From Eledone cirrhosa (Eukaryota), in NCBI GenBank assembly GCA_964016885.1, contig OZ024750.1, positions 55,118,001-55,182,000 of the forward strand: a stretch of 64,000 nucleotides of DNA. The letters are read 5' to 3'. This document shows positions 52,156-64,000 of this stretch, one piece after another (position 1 is the first letter of the stretch; every line of letters begins with the position of its first letter). The translations under genes were made by a program, and so were the position numbers. Below the pieces are notes generated by a model. It had not been told where the DNA came from. It did no database searches and was given only the letters and a program-made list of their open reading frames with translations.

Positions 52156-54132
52156 TCATAACGGTACGCGATGGGACCCACCCACAGCCCCGGCGGACAG
52201 AATGGAGAAGGCGTTTCCCCGGAGCATGGCAAGGGAGACGCGCTGGAAAAGCCACTCCAACTCGCGGGGCTCACACCTGCGGCTGGCCAGCTCAGCGCCT
52301 ATGGTGGTGAGTAAGGAGGTAGCCCTGGGGCCGAGGACACCAGAAGTCTCCACTTCCAGGGGTACGACCGCAAACCTGTCGGAGAGTGAACGATATGTGA
52401 GGAGTTTGGCCCCCTCAGCCTGACGTGCAGCAGAACCTGGGCCAGTCGCAGACTGCACCAGGTTGCGGCTGCAGAAAGTGTCGGTGCAAGTGGCATCCCA
52501 GACGAGGGGTTTGCCACCGCGGAACGGGAAGATGGTCATGCCATCTAGCCTTTTGCCGTCCCCTCGAGCTGGGAAGGGAAGCCTGCAGCGTCCAAGCCAT
52601 GCTTAATGACTTCGTTGAGGGCAGCATGGCGTAGATTGCGGGTGGAGGCCGAAAGAGTCCATGGTGGAACGGCAGCGACATTGGTGTGAGGCCGAGCCTC
52701 AGGGAAACGCCGATGCGCAAGCTATTGTTGTCTAGCTGCGTGCGAGTGGAGAAGGAGGGCAGGGCATGGAGCCAGGCCCCACTGTGGGGTTTGGAGGCTG
52801 CACGAAAACAAACAAGGCGGTGCTGGTCGAGCTGGCGCGTGAGCCTGTCTGAGGCCAGGCTGCACTGGATGGCATCCCAAGTGTGTTGGGGGGGACTTGA
52901 CGTCAACAGGGGGAGAAGGAGGAGGAACGTCTACTGGGCTAAGTCCCAGCCGGTCCCACGTCTCACAGGCGGCCACGCGTTCTCTGAACACAGAGGGTTC
53001 TGTTGTGTTTTGAAGAACCCTGCTGAGGAGGACGTGGTACGAGGTTACCGACGAAAGATATGCCGGCAAAGCTAGTGAGATCGGGGACTGGAGGCGAAGG
53101 CCGCCATACCTGACAGGTAAAGTTGCATATCTCATCGGCTGCTGCTCGGATACAAGTTTAGGTGTAGCACAGAGTGTATAGAGGAGCTTCGGCATGGCGT
53201 AGCAGTTCCTCAGCAGAAAGAGAACTGGGTGGCCATCAATCAAGCCCAGTCGGCTCGTGAGAGTCTGGACTTGATGGAGGAGCGGATGGCCGGCGGGTGG
53301 ATCGGTGAGGGCATCCTCTTTGGGGGTCACCTGAACCTGGCGGAGAATGGACCGCACGTCCAAGACGGAGACTGCAAAGCTTGCAGCATCGAGGCTGACA
53401 TTCACCACCTCCGACTTGGCTGAGTTGACCTGGAGGTCGATTCCCGCCAGGGCAGGAACCACCGATTGAAGGTCATGGCAGACCGCCTGTACGGGCCCAC
53501 CCAAAGTAGCATCATCCAGATACCAAACGTTGAGAGGGGCTGTTATACTCCAGGCGATGTGGTCAATACCAAGGGTGAACAGGAGGGGTCCCAAAGGGTT
53601 GCCCTGTTGGATCCCAGTAGCCAAGGGTATGACCGTATCAACAGCATGGCGCATGCTTGGGGCTCCATATGACAGGTAGGCAGAGGGGGCTCGGCTGAGG
53701 CAGGCCTCGAGCAGATGATCCCAGCGTAAAGAGTTGAAGGCATTCCTCATGTCAAACTTGACAATGAGGTGGCTGGAGGCCCTGGATGCCGGTTCCGAGT
53801 GTTACGGACTTGCAGATTACCTTGGCAGCCAGCCTCCGGAAGACATTGCCCACAGCAATGGGGCGTATGCCATCCTCTTTCTTCCTGCGAGCGGTGAGGC
53901 TGGCCGAAAAAAAGAGGCCTCGAGCATAAGAGTCCAGGGCGCCATGGATGAGCCTATTGGTGAGCGCCACAATTGCACTCAGAAGGCGGCGCCCGGCCTC
54001 AGCGGAGAGGGGAGATATCAACTCCTTGAGGAGGCCTGGTCAGAGACCATCAACATCTCCGCAGCTGCTAGCTGGGAAGGACCTGATGGCGGACATGATG
54101 TCTGCATCAGAAGCCACAAGGAGCAAGTGTGG
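52156..54132 (-). pseudogene. CRE-like RLE LINE, unit 8
   Basis: Same motifs. Confidence 0.85.
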
Positions 54133-56605
54133 ATTACAATACAAAACCTCTGAGAATGATTTCTAAGATATTTCACCATAATTAATTTTCATCAATATAT
54201 ATTAATATTATTATTGTTTATTAGGTCAGGTGGATTGGCCAGAACAATTCTACTCTTCTTTTTTAGATGTCACGATTTTTCATGGCATTCCTGAGATCAT
54301 TAATCTCCAGCTGGAGATCCAGAGACATCTGATGTATGTAGGTGAACCTCAGTCATCCCACTAGGGTCTTACTATGTTTAGGTATCCACCACAGGAGCCA
54401 GCTCATCAGGTCATCCTACCCTCAGCAGCAATGTCCAGCATCTATTGATTTCCGCTCCCTAGTTATTGTGGTAATCTTCGATATCTGGGAATATATTTCT
54501 TCTGCTTAAGGGAGTAATAAATATATAGTTTTTAAAAAAACATATATATACACACACATATATATATGTTGTCATTTATAAGAGTTCTCTATCAAAAGCC
54601 TTCTCTATGTCCAAAGCTAAGTATAGTGGCTTATTTTTCTCTAAGAACCTCTTTTGTAGTTGTCTCACTAAGAAGAGGGCATCTGTTGCACTTTTCAGCG
54701 GCTTAATTAATTAATGAGGTTTAATTAATGAGGAATTTTGAGGTATTTATAACAATTATTAATTATTTCATTACTGAGATATCATTTGAAGGACTTACTA
54801 ATGTTTTTATTTATTAATTATTTTATTAGTAACTTAACATGTGGTTCTTGTATAAAATTATGTTGGAAGATTTTAGGAAGATGCTATGTAGCCGGTCGCG
54901 GTAAAATAGACGCCCAGGCTATGTAGCCGGTAAGAGTGTCAGACTCCATGTGTTGCGGCCCTTTATGGTCTGAGTTAAGACAATTTAAAATCTTTTCCAC
55001 CATCAATTGTTAAAAAACAAGTTAAAATCATTTTGTCGTCCATTTGTAACGTACGTTACACTTTAGTTACATACACATATACTATGTTACATACACACAT
55101 CTACTGTGTTACATACACACACATCAACTGGGTTACATACACACACATCTACTGCGTTACATACACATCTACTGTGTTACACACACATCTACTGTGTTAC
55201 ATACACACACATCTACTGAGTTACATACACACACATCTACTGTGTTACATACACACACATCTTCTGTGTTACATACACACATCTATGTTACATACACACA
55301 TCTACTGTGTTACATACACACACCTGTGTTACATACACACACATCTACTGAGTTACATACACACAGATCTACTGTGTTACATACACACACATCTACTGTG
55401 TTACACACATCTTCTATGTTACATACACACAATCTACTGTGTTACATACACACAATCTACTGAGTTACATACACACACATCTACTGAGTTACATACACAC
55501 ACATGTACTGTGTTACATACACACATCTACTGTGTTACATACATACACATCTACTGTGTTACATACATACACATCTACTGTTACATACACACATCTACCG
55601 TGTTACACACACACATCTACCGTGTTACACACACACATCTACCGTGTTACACACACACATCTACTGAGTTACATACACATATACTGAGTTACATGCAAAC
55701 ACACATCTACTCTGTTACATATACACATCTACTGTGTTACATACACATCTACTGTGATACACACACACACATCTACTCATACATATTCATAAATAGACAC
55801 ACATTATACAAATAATTATTACATACACACACATCTCTGTAATAATTCAGGAAGGAAGGGGCTGGTGAAACGCTATAGCAATGTGTGTGTGTTGTGTACC
55901 TTTCAGGTTTACCGGTTTCGTAGCCTATTTGAAGATTTTATTATAATTATGAACCTTATAATTCAATTAATTATGAATAATTTTGAGCTATTTATCACAA
56001 TTGTTAGTTAATTACTAACATAGTAACTTACCATATGGTTGTTAATATAGAATTTTGTTGGAAGACTTTAATTTAGATAGGAACCATTTCCATAGTACGA
56101 GAACTAATTTTGGCTGGGTTTCTACCAAAAGGGTTAATGAAGAATTTTGAACAATTTACTAAAATTATTAATTATTTCATTACTAAGATAATGTGTGAAT
56201 ACACAATTATATGTGTGTATATATATATAAACAGTATATATATATATAGTATATATATATATAAACAGTATATATATATATAGTATATATATATATAAAC
56301 AGTATATATATAGTATACAAAAGATGTAGTGGGATAGTGTGTAGTCTTAAGACAAGTCTGTCCAGATAGCTGCGCTGTAACTTACACTTATTGGGACTGT
56401 GTGTTGGCAAGCAGGCCTGTATTTTGGGATCTAGCTGGTCCATTATGAGGGAGGTCTGGTTAGTTGGCAGCACCATGCCTTACTTGTGGTATATGTATGT
56501 ATAGAAATAAGTTATTGTATATGCACAACTGTCCATCTATATGTATACATGTATGTTTACTTATATCTTTGCATACATATATACATTTTCAGATGTATAC
56601 ACGTA

Positions 56606-58525
56606 ATGGTCACCCGGATAGTAAACCAAGTCATACAGAATGGGGTTGTTCTGAAGGACTGGCGTAGCAGCATCATCATTAACTGTTACAAGGGTAAAGG
56701 AGATGCCCTAGATAGGAGTAACTATAGAGGCATTAAATTAATCGACCAGGTCATGAAGGTCACGGAAAAAGTAATAGCGCAACTAATCAGAGAGAGAATT
56801 GATCTAGATGAAATGCAGTTCGGGTTTGTGTCAGGTAAAAGTACCACAGACGCTCTTTTCATTGTACGACAACTACAGGAGAAGTACCTAGTTAAAAGTA
56901 AACCCCTATACTTAGCTTTTGTTGACTTGGAGAAAGCCTTCGACAGAGTACCCCGTTCCATTATCTGGTGGGCTCTTAGAAAACTAGGTGTTGAGGAATG
57001 GCTTGTGAGAGCTATACGAGCCATGTATAAAGAAACAGTCAGCAAGGTTAGAATTAACAACGAATATAGTGAAGAGTTTAGCGTAAAAGTTGGTGTTCAT
57101 CAGGGCTCCGTCCTTAGCCCCCTACTATTTATTATTGCCCTTCAGGCTATAACAGTGGAGTTCAAGACCGGCTGCCCATGGGAACTCCTATACGCAGATG
57201 ATCTAACGCTTATAGCTGAATCAATGGCCGAGCTAGAGAAGAAATTCCAAACATGGAAGCAAGGCCTAGAATCAGAAGGCCTTAAAATTAACCTGGCTAA
57301 GACTAAAGTTCTAGTTTGTAGGAAAGAAAATAAGGCGCCGGTCCCTTCCGGGAAATGGCCATGCTCAGTGTGTAGGAAAGGCGTAGGTAGAAACTCCATT
57401 TTATGTCCCAAATGCAAAGTATGGGTTCATAAAAGATGTAGTGGGATCACAGGTAAGCTAACTAAGAACATAGATTTTACATGTGGCCGGTGCTCTGGTG
57501 CAATAAGTAGCAGCAAGTGCCCACAAAATACTAGCTCTTTCAATTGCGCAGAGGGTTCTATAGAAATAGTGGACAGCTTCCGTTACCTGGGTGACAAAAT
57601 CAGCAGTGGGGGAGGGTGCTCTGAAAGTACAGTAGCTAGAGTCAGAACTGGATGGAAAAAGTTCAGAGAGCTTATACCACTATTAGCCGCTAAAGGGTTC
57701 TCCCTAAAAATGAAAGGCAGGTTGTATGATGCCTGCATATGAACAGCAATGTTGCATGGCAGTGAGACCTGGGCATTGTGTGCAGAGGATATACGCAGAC
57801 TAGAGAGGAACGAAGCTTGCATGCTTCGCTGGATGTGTAATAGTAATATATGTGAACGGCAAAGCATAAACGAACTAAGGGAAAAATTAGAAATAAGAGG
57901 GATCAGATGTTGTGTACTCGAGAGAAGACTACGTTGGTATGGTCCACGTGATGCGGATGAAAGACGACAGCTGTATAAAAAAAATGCAGGGCAATAAAGA
58001 TAGACGGTAGCCACGGAGTAGGCAGACCCAGAAAAACCTGGGACGACTTGATAAATTCCGACCTCACACACTTACACCTCTCCAAGACAATGTCACTGGA
58101 CCGAGATCTTTGGCGGTACTCAGTAATAGAGAAGACCCGCCTTACCTAGATACAAAGTAAAACCTACTACAGTCAGTAGGCACCTCTAACAAAATACACC
58201 CCCACCCCATCCACACCGCCCCTTTCAATGTAAAGTTATGTTGGTGCCACAACATCCAGGCCGAAACAAATGAGGTCGTGTAGGTGTCACGACAAAAAAA
58301 AAAAACACAGTCCACGCAGTAATGTGGCCGTGTAGGTAACACGGTAAAAACCTCTCAGTCCCACACTGTAAATGCGGTTGGTGTTAGGAAGGGCATCCAG
58401 CTGTAGAAAACCCGCCAGACAGTCCTATGCGAGCAAGACAACCACTCTTGCCTCAAGTGGGAAAATTCCCGTCCAAACCCATGCAAGCGTGGAATATGGA
58501 CGTTAAACGATGATGATGATGATGA

Positions 58526-58529
<4 letters not shown>
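56606..58529 (+). pseudogene. 5'-truncated RTE LINE, block 3
   Basis: Near-identical to 25175-27097, with the same stop (57740-57742). Confidence 0.93.
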
Positions 58530-58565
<36 letters not shown>

Positions 58566-58714
58566 CTTTGACATTTCTTAGAAAAAAAATGAAAAAGTTT
58601 TGTGAGAACCCCAATGTTTATTTATTTTATTTTATTTTTAAATAAAATTAATAACATTAATTTTATTTTGAAATTAGGTTTATAAATATTAATTATCAGC
58701 AGACCTTTGTAGCA

Positions 58715-58825
58715 GTCTTGGCGGCTTAGTGGGAAGTACCAGAGATGGTGAGGTCCTTGTCTGTAGGTTCAATCCTGGTCTGGGAGTTCAATCATTGCTG
58801 TAATGTGTCCTGTTAATCTTTTTTT
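58715..58825 (+). ncRNA. Family 2a, block 3
   Basis: Matches 27278-27388; TATA at 58681. Confidence 0.55.
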
Positions 58826-59084
58826 AAATTTTCCTCAGAAAAAACTGAAAATCTTTGGTGAGAACCCCAATGTCTATTTATCTAATATAATTTAATTTAT
58901 TTTATTTTATTTTACTTTAGTTAAATTGTCAAAACCACTGGTGATCTAAAGTTAGAGGAGACAGATAAAATAGACATATTGTCTCCTCAACCTTTAGATC
59001 TTCAGTGTTTTCGACAATTTAACTAAAATAAAAAATTAAATTCAATATAATTAAATAAATAGGGGTTCTCTTTTTCAAAGAGAT

Positions 59085-60365
59085 CATCATCATCATCATC
59101 ATCATCATTTTACGTCCGCTTTTCCCTGCTTGCAAGGGTGGGACGGGTCTTATTCAGCACAGCATCTCTCCACTCGTCACGGTCCCTCGTCATCTCCACC
59201 GTGAGCTTCAATGATCTGAGGTCTGTTCTCACCACCTCCGCCCATGTTTTTCGTGGTCTACCTCTACCACGTCTTCCTTCAACTGGCATTTCCTGGCACT
59301 TCTTCACCCATCGGTCATCCTCCATGCGCATCACATGTCCATACCACCTCAGTCTCCTCTCCCGTACACTACATTCTATCCCTCTCAGACACAGTTTCTC
59401 TCTCAACACATTTATGCTGGGTCGTTCACGCACATTTACACTGCACATCCAACGGAGCATGCTTGCCTCATTTCTCTCCAGCCGTCGCATATCTTCTGCG
59501 GTAGCTGCCCATGTCTCACTACCATGCAGCATCGCGCTCCTCACACAGGCATCATACAACCGGCCTTTCGTACGCAGGGAGAAACCCTTCTTCGTCAACA
59601 GAGGAAGCAGCTCCCTAAACTTCTTCCAACCCGTCCTTATTCTAGATACTATGGCCTCGGAACACCCTCCTCCCATGCTAATCTGATCTCCTAGGTACCG
59701 GAAGCTATCCACCACTTCTATAGCGCCCTCTCGCATTTGAAAAATGTGTCTATCAGTGCGACTTCTACTGTCTAATTTCCCTGTACATCTACTGCATACA
59801 TATTTCTCCCTACCTGTTAGTTTGCCTGCTATCCCGCTACATCTCTTGTGTACCCAGGACCTACATTGTGTGCATTTTATAGAATTTATGCCAGTTCCTT
59901 TTCTGCATATCGAACATGGCCATTTCCCTGACGGAATCAGGGTTTTGTCCTCTTTTCTACTCATCAACACTTTTGTCTTAGCTAGATTTACTCTCAGTCC
60001 TCTTGCTTCCAACTGCTGTTTCCATAGCCGGAATTTATTCTCTAGCTCCTCTACTGATTCTGCCATAAGAGCCAGATCGTCAGCATAGAGAAGTTCCCAT
60101 GGACAGCCAGTCTTAAACTCCTCTGTTATGGCTTGGAGGACTATAATGAACAAGAGCGGGCTGAGGACCGAACCCTGATGTACTCCTACTTGTATCTGGA
60201 ATTCCTCACTAAACTCCATTCCTACCCTGACTTTACTGAGAGTACCTCTGTACAAAGTTTGCACTGTCCTTACAAGCCATTCCTCAACACCCAGCTTCCT
60301 TAGGGACCACCAGATGACAGATCGGGGTACCCTATCAAAGGCCTTCTCTAGGTCAACAAAGGCTA
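59085..60365 (-). mobile_element. Young 5'-truncated RTE insertion (different subfamily), open RT frame
   Basis: Open from LAFVDLEKAFDRV through YADD and the PHD-like finger to a stop at 59110; (GAT)n tail; absent from blocks 1 and 2; AGAT present on both sides. Confidence 0.93.
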
Positions 60366-60385
60366 AGATATAGAAAGAAAATTAT

Positions 60386-60523
60386 AAAAGATTAACATGA
60401 CACCTTACATGTATCTCATGGACCAGGATTGAACCTGAGTCCCCAATTCAACCCTCAGACCAGGATTGAACACCCAGAACAGGATCTCACCATCTCTGGT
60501 ACTTCCCACTAAGCTACCGAGAC
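60386..60523 (-). ncRNA. Family 2b, block 3
   Basis: Matches 27669-27806. Confidence 0.55.
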
Positions 60524-60749
60524 TGATACAAAGATGTACTGAAATTTAATATTTATAAACCTACTTTCAAAATAAAATTAAAAATAAAATATATATATAT
60601 ATATATTCCTTTGACATTTCTTAGAAAAAAGAACTGAAAAAGTTTTGTGAGAACGCCAATGTCTATTTATTTTATTTTATTTTTAATTAAATTAGTTATA
60701 TTTTGAAAGTAGGTTTATAAATATTAATTTTCAATAGACCTTTGTAGCA

Positions 60750-60851
60750 GTCTTGGTGGCTTAGTGGGAAGTACCAGAGATGGTGAGATCCTTGTCTGTA
60801 AGTTCAATTCTTGCTTGGAGACATGTCTAATGTGTCCTATTAATCTTTTTT
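60750..60851 (+). ncRNA. Family 2c, block 3
   Basis: Matches 28033-28134. Confidence 0.6.
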
Positions 60852-60972
60852 AAATTTTCCTTTTACATCTCTTAGAAATAACTGAAAATCTTTGGTGAGA
60901 ACCCCAATGTCTATTTATCTAATATAATTAATTTAATTTAATTTAATTTAATTTTTATTTTAGTGAAACCAC

Positions 60973-61313
60973 TGTTGTATTCAAGAGACCAGGTGGAGGG
61001 GTGGGTCTGCTAGATTCATCGTGGGTAAAGAACGGTGCTATGAACTTTTCTGGGTGGGAAATGACAATGGGCTGGGTATACACATACCACCCCACCACCC
61101 CACCGTAAAGTGGTCGTGGAGGCGCCACGGCAAAAAAGCACCCAGCCCGCTCTGTAAAGCTGACGTGGAGGTGCCACGGAAAAAAAAAAAGCACCCAGCA
61201 CTCACTGCAAACTGGGTTGGCGTCAGGAAGGGCACCCAGCTGTAGAAACCAATCCAGAATCAGCTCCCACCCCACCCTTGCAAGCATGGAAAAGCGGACG
61301 TATGATGAAGTTG
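60973..61313 (+). mobile_element. Internally deleted RTE, unit 9 fragment (B variant)
   Basis: Matches 43981-44321. Confidence 0.85.
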
Positions 61314-61350
61314 ATATATATATATATATATATTAGTATATATATACACA

Positions 61351-64000
61351 TCAGCTTACACACCCCAATCGGGGCTGCCAGACGAACTTAAGGATAGGTT
61401 TTACGAGTCCCTAATACACACTACTGCTCTAACAGACGACAAGGACTTCCTAATCATTGCAGGAGATTTTAACGGACACGTAGGTAAACACTGCGACGGC
61501 TTCAATAGAGTACATGGAGGCCATGGAGTTGGCACAAGGAATGAGGAAGGATTCAGACTTCTAGAATTCTGCGACGCCAATGACATGTCGATATGTAACA
61601 CAAACTTTAAAAAACCCGACAACCACCTGATCACCTATAGATCAGGGGAGCACTCTAGTCAGTTAGATTTTATTCTCATCAGAGGACGTGACAGATGGAC
61701 GGTCGTAAACACAAAAGCCTTCCCTAGTGAGGAATGTACATCCCAACATAGCTTAGTTGTCAGCGACCTCACGGTCAGAACTAGACGAGCCCTGAAACAG
61801 AGGCCAACCTGGAGAAGAAAGATCTGGAAGCTGAAAGTCCCCTCAACCAGTAACAGATTTAAAGATATTTTACTCAACGCCTACGACAGTAAAGAAGAAC
61901 AGATAGAGACATTTAACGTAGAAGAGAACTGGGAGTTCCTAAAAAATAACTTACTAGAGGCGACGGATGAGGTTTGTGGCTGGAGTAAGACCTCAAGCAG
62001 GAGGAGAGTGACTTGGTGGTGGAACAATAAGGTAGATGAAGCAGTCAAGGCCAAGAGACAGGCATGGAAAGAATGGAAGAACGGGGGGAGCAGGGTACAT
62101 TACATAGAGACCAAGAGGGAAGCTAGGCGACAAGTATACTTAGCTAGGAGGGAAGCAGAGGATAGAAAATTCAAGCATGTTTTACAACGTGAGGACCAGA
62201 AACAGGAGGTATTCAAGATTGCGAGGCAGTGTGTCAGAGATAGTTGTGATGTCATTGGAGAGAAGTGTATCCGGAATGATAAAGGTGAGCTTGCCCTCAC
62301 AAGTGCTGAGAAGAAAGATGCATGGAAGAGTCATTATGATAGATTACTAAATGAGGAGAATGCATGGGAAGAAGAGACCCTACCCCACGTAGACCCTATA
62401 GAGGGACCAGCAGTACAAGTCAGCGGCAGCGTAGTAAGTAAGGCAATCAGAGATATGAAGATAGGGAAGGCAACCGGTCCATCGGGTATAGCTGCCGAGA
62501 TGCTGAAGGCATCTGGGTCTGTAGGTCACACTATAACCACACGTATCGTTAACCAGGTAATACTAGAGGGGGCCATACCAAAAGATTGGTGCAGTAGCAT
62601 CATTGTCAACTGCTACAAAGGTAAAGGCGATGCACTAGATAGAGGAAACTATAGAGGTATAAAGTTGATGGACCAGGTCATGAAAGTAACAGAAAGAGTT
62701 ATAGCACAGCTGATTAGGGACCGGGTGAATATAGACGAGATGCAATTTGGGTTTGTTCCAGGGAAAGGCACCACTGATGCGCTCTTCCTTGTGAGGCAAT
62801 TACAGGAAAAGTACCTAGCTAAAAGTAAGCCACTCTACTTGGCATTTGTCGACCTTGAGAAAGCCTTTGACAGAGTTCCACGTGCAGTAATCTGGTGGGC
62901 TCTTAGAAAACTAGGAGTAGATGAATGGCTTGTGAAAGCGGTACAAGCCATGTATAGGGGAGCAGTCAGCAAAGTTAGGATTGGCAATGAGTATAGCGAG
63001 GAATTTAGCGTACAGGTTGGGGTCCACCAGGGCTCTGTTCTTAGCCCTCTCCTGTTCATCATAGTCCTGCAGGCAATAACGGAGGAGTTTAAGACCGGAT
63101 GCCCATGGGAACTCCTGTATGCTGATGACCTCGCACTCATAGCTGAATCTATGGTAGAACTAGAGAATAAATTCCAAACCTGGAAGCAGGGACTAGAGAG
63201 AAAGGGCCTCAAAGTCAACATGACAAAGACTAAGGTCCTTATAAGTAGACGAGAAAACAGAACCCAGATCCCCTCAGGGAAATGGCCTTGCTCAGTATGT
63301 AGGAAAGGTGTAGGTAGGAACTCCATTCTTTGCCCCAAATGCAAACAATGGGTACACAAGAGATGTAGCGGGATCTCAGGAAGCTTAATTAAGAATGTAG
63401 GATTCACATGCAGCAGCTGTGCTGAAACAGCAAGCAAACAGCCACAGGAAACAAGTACCACCAATCTCTGGGAGGGCCCTGTAGAAACAGTAGACAGCTT
63501 CTGCTACCTAGGTGACCGAATTAGCAACGGAGGTGGGTGCTCAGAAAGTACAATAACTAGGGTAAGAACGGGATGGAAGAAGTTTAGGGAACTACTACCA
63601 CTGCTAGCTGCAAAAGGCTTCTCCCTCAGAATGAAAGGCAGACTGTATGATGCGTGTATCCGAACAGCGATGTTGCATGGTAGTGAGACCTGGGCGCTGA
63701 AGGTGGAAGACTTACGTAGATTAGAGAGAAACGAAGCCTGCATGCTCCGATGGATGTGTAACAGTAATATACGTGAACGACAAAGCATAAATGAATTGAG
63801 AGAGAGACTGAGCATAAGAGGAATCAAATGCTGCGTGCAGGAGAGGCGGTTACGCTGGTATGGACATGTGATGCGTATGAAGGATGACAGCTGCATAAAA
63901 AGGTGCAGAGCACTAGAAGTTGATGGAAACCGCGGAGTGGGGAGACCCAAGATGACTTGGGATGAGGTGATAAAAGCCGACCTTACCCAACTACACCTCT
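61351..64000 (+). mobile_element. RTE LINE, 5'-truncated within the APE domain, apparently one open frame (APE + RT + PHD-like finger) running off the window end
   Basis: SAYTPQ, GDFNGHVG, QLDFIL, SQHSLV (APE); NYRGIKL, DLEKAFD, GVHQGS, YADD (RT); RRLRWYGHVMR. Spot-checked motifs at 61861, 62701, 63121 and 63841 are all in the frame starting at 61351. Absent from the ORF track, consistent with no stop before 64000. Confidence 0.92.

Larger units (their letters stand above)
1..61350. repeat. Large tandem array of a ~5.95 kb composite unit with a ~15.7 kb higher-order repeat
   Basis: Near-identical ORFs recur at 574, 6523, 12481, 18420 (periods 5949/5958/5939), then 18420, 34144, 49906 and 25055, 40786, 56486 (periods ~15.7 kb). 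Approximate units: U1 390-6339, U2 6340-12296, U3 12297-18235, U4 18236-23243, U5 28256-33959, U6 33960-38979, U7 43981-49721, U8 49722-54702, U9 fragment 60973-61350. Confidence 0.97.

Overview
Eukaryotic, repeat-only window with no host protein-coding gene I can support. The RTE LINE, SINE and microsatellite content suggests a cephalopod (octopus-like) genome; this is inference only. Positions ~1-61350 form a tandem array: a ~5.95 kb basic unit (8 near-complete copies plus end fragments) that from ~18.2 kb is organised into a ~15.7 kb higher-order repeat (unit A + 5 kb block + unit B). Most of each unit is dead retroelement debris: a CRE-like RLE LINE pseudogene, RTE fragments, a tRNA-derived SINE and microsatellites. 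Within this debris are two families of candidate RNA polymerase III small-RNA genes. Both have TATA at exactly -34, an A box at about +8, a B box and an oligo-T terminator. Family 1 (113 nt, 8 copies, one per unit) is tRNA-headed but does not form a cloverleaf. Family 2 (~100-140 nt, 3 paralogs x 3 blocks) folds, best in paralog c, into a class-II-tRNA-like cloverleaf whose anticodon arm is a short stem capped by a GAGA (GNRA) tetraloop. Two apparently young RTE copies with open frames lie at 59085-60365 and 61351-64000, and all RTE RTs carry an internal PHD-like C4HC3 finger. All folds and alignments were done by eye, and no expression is shown.
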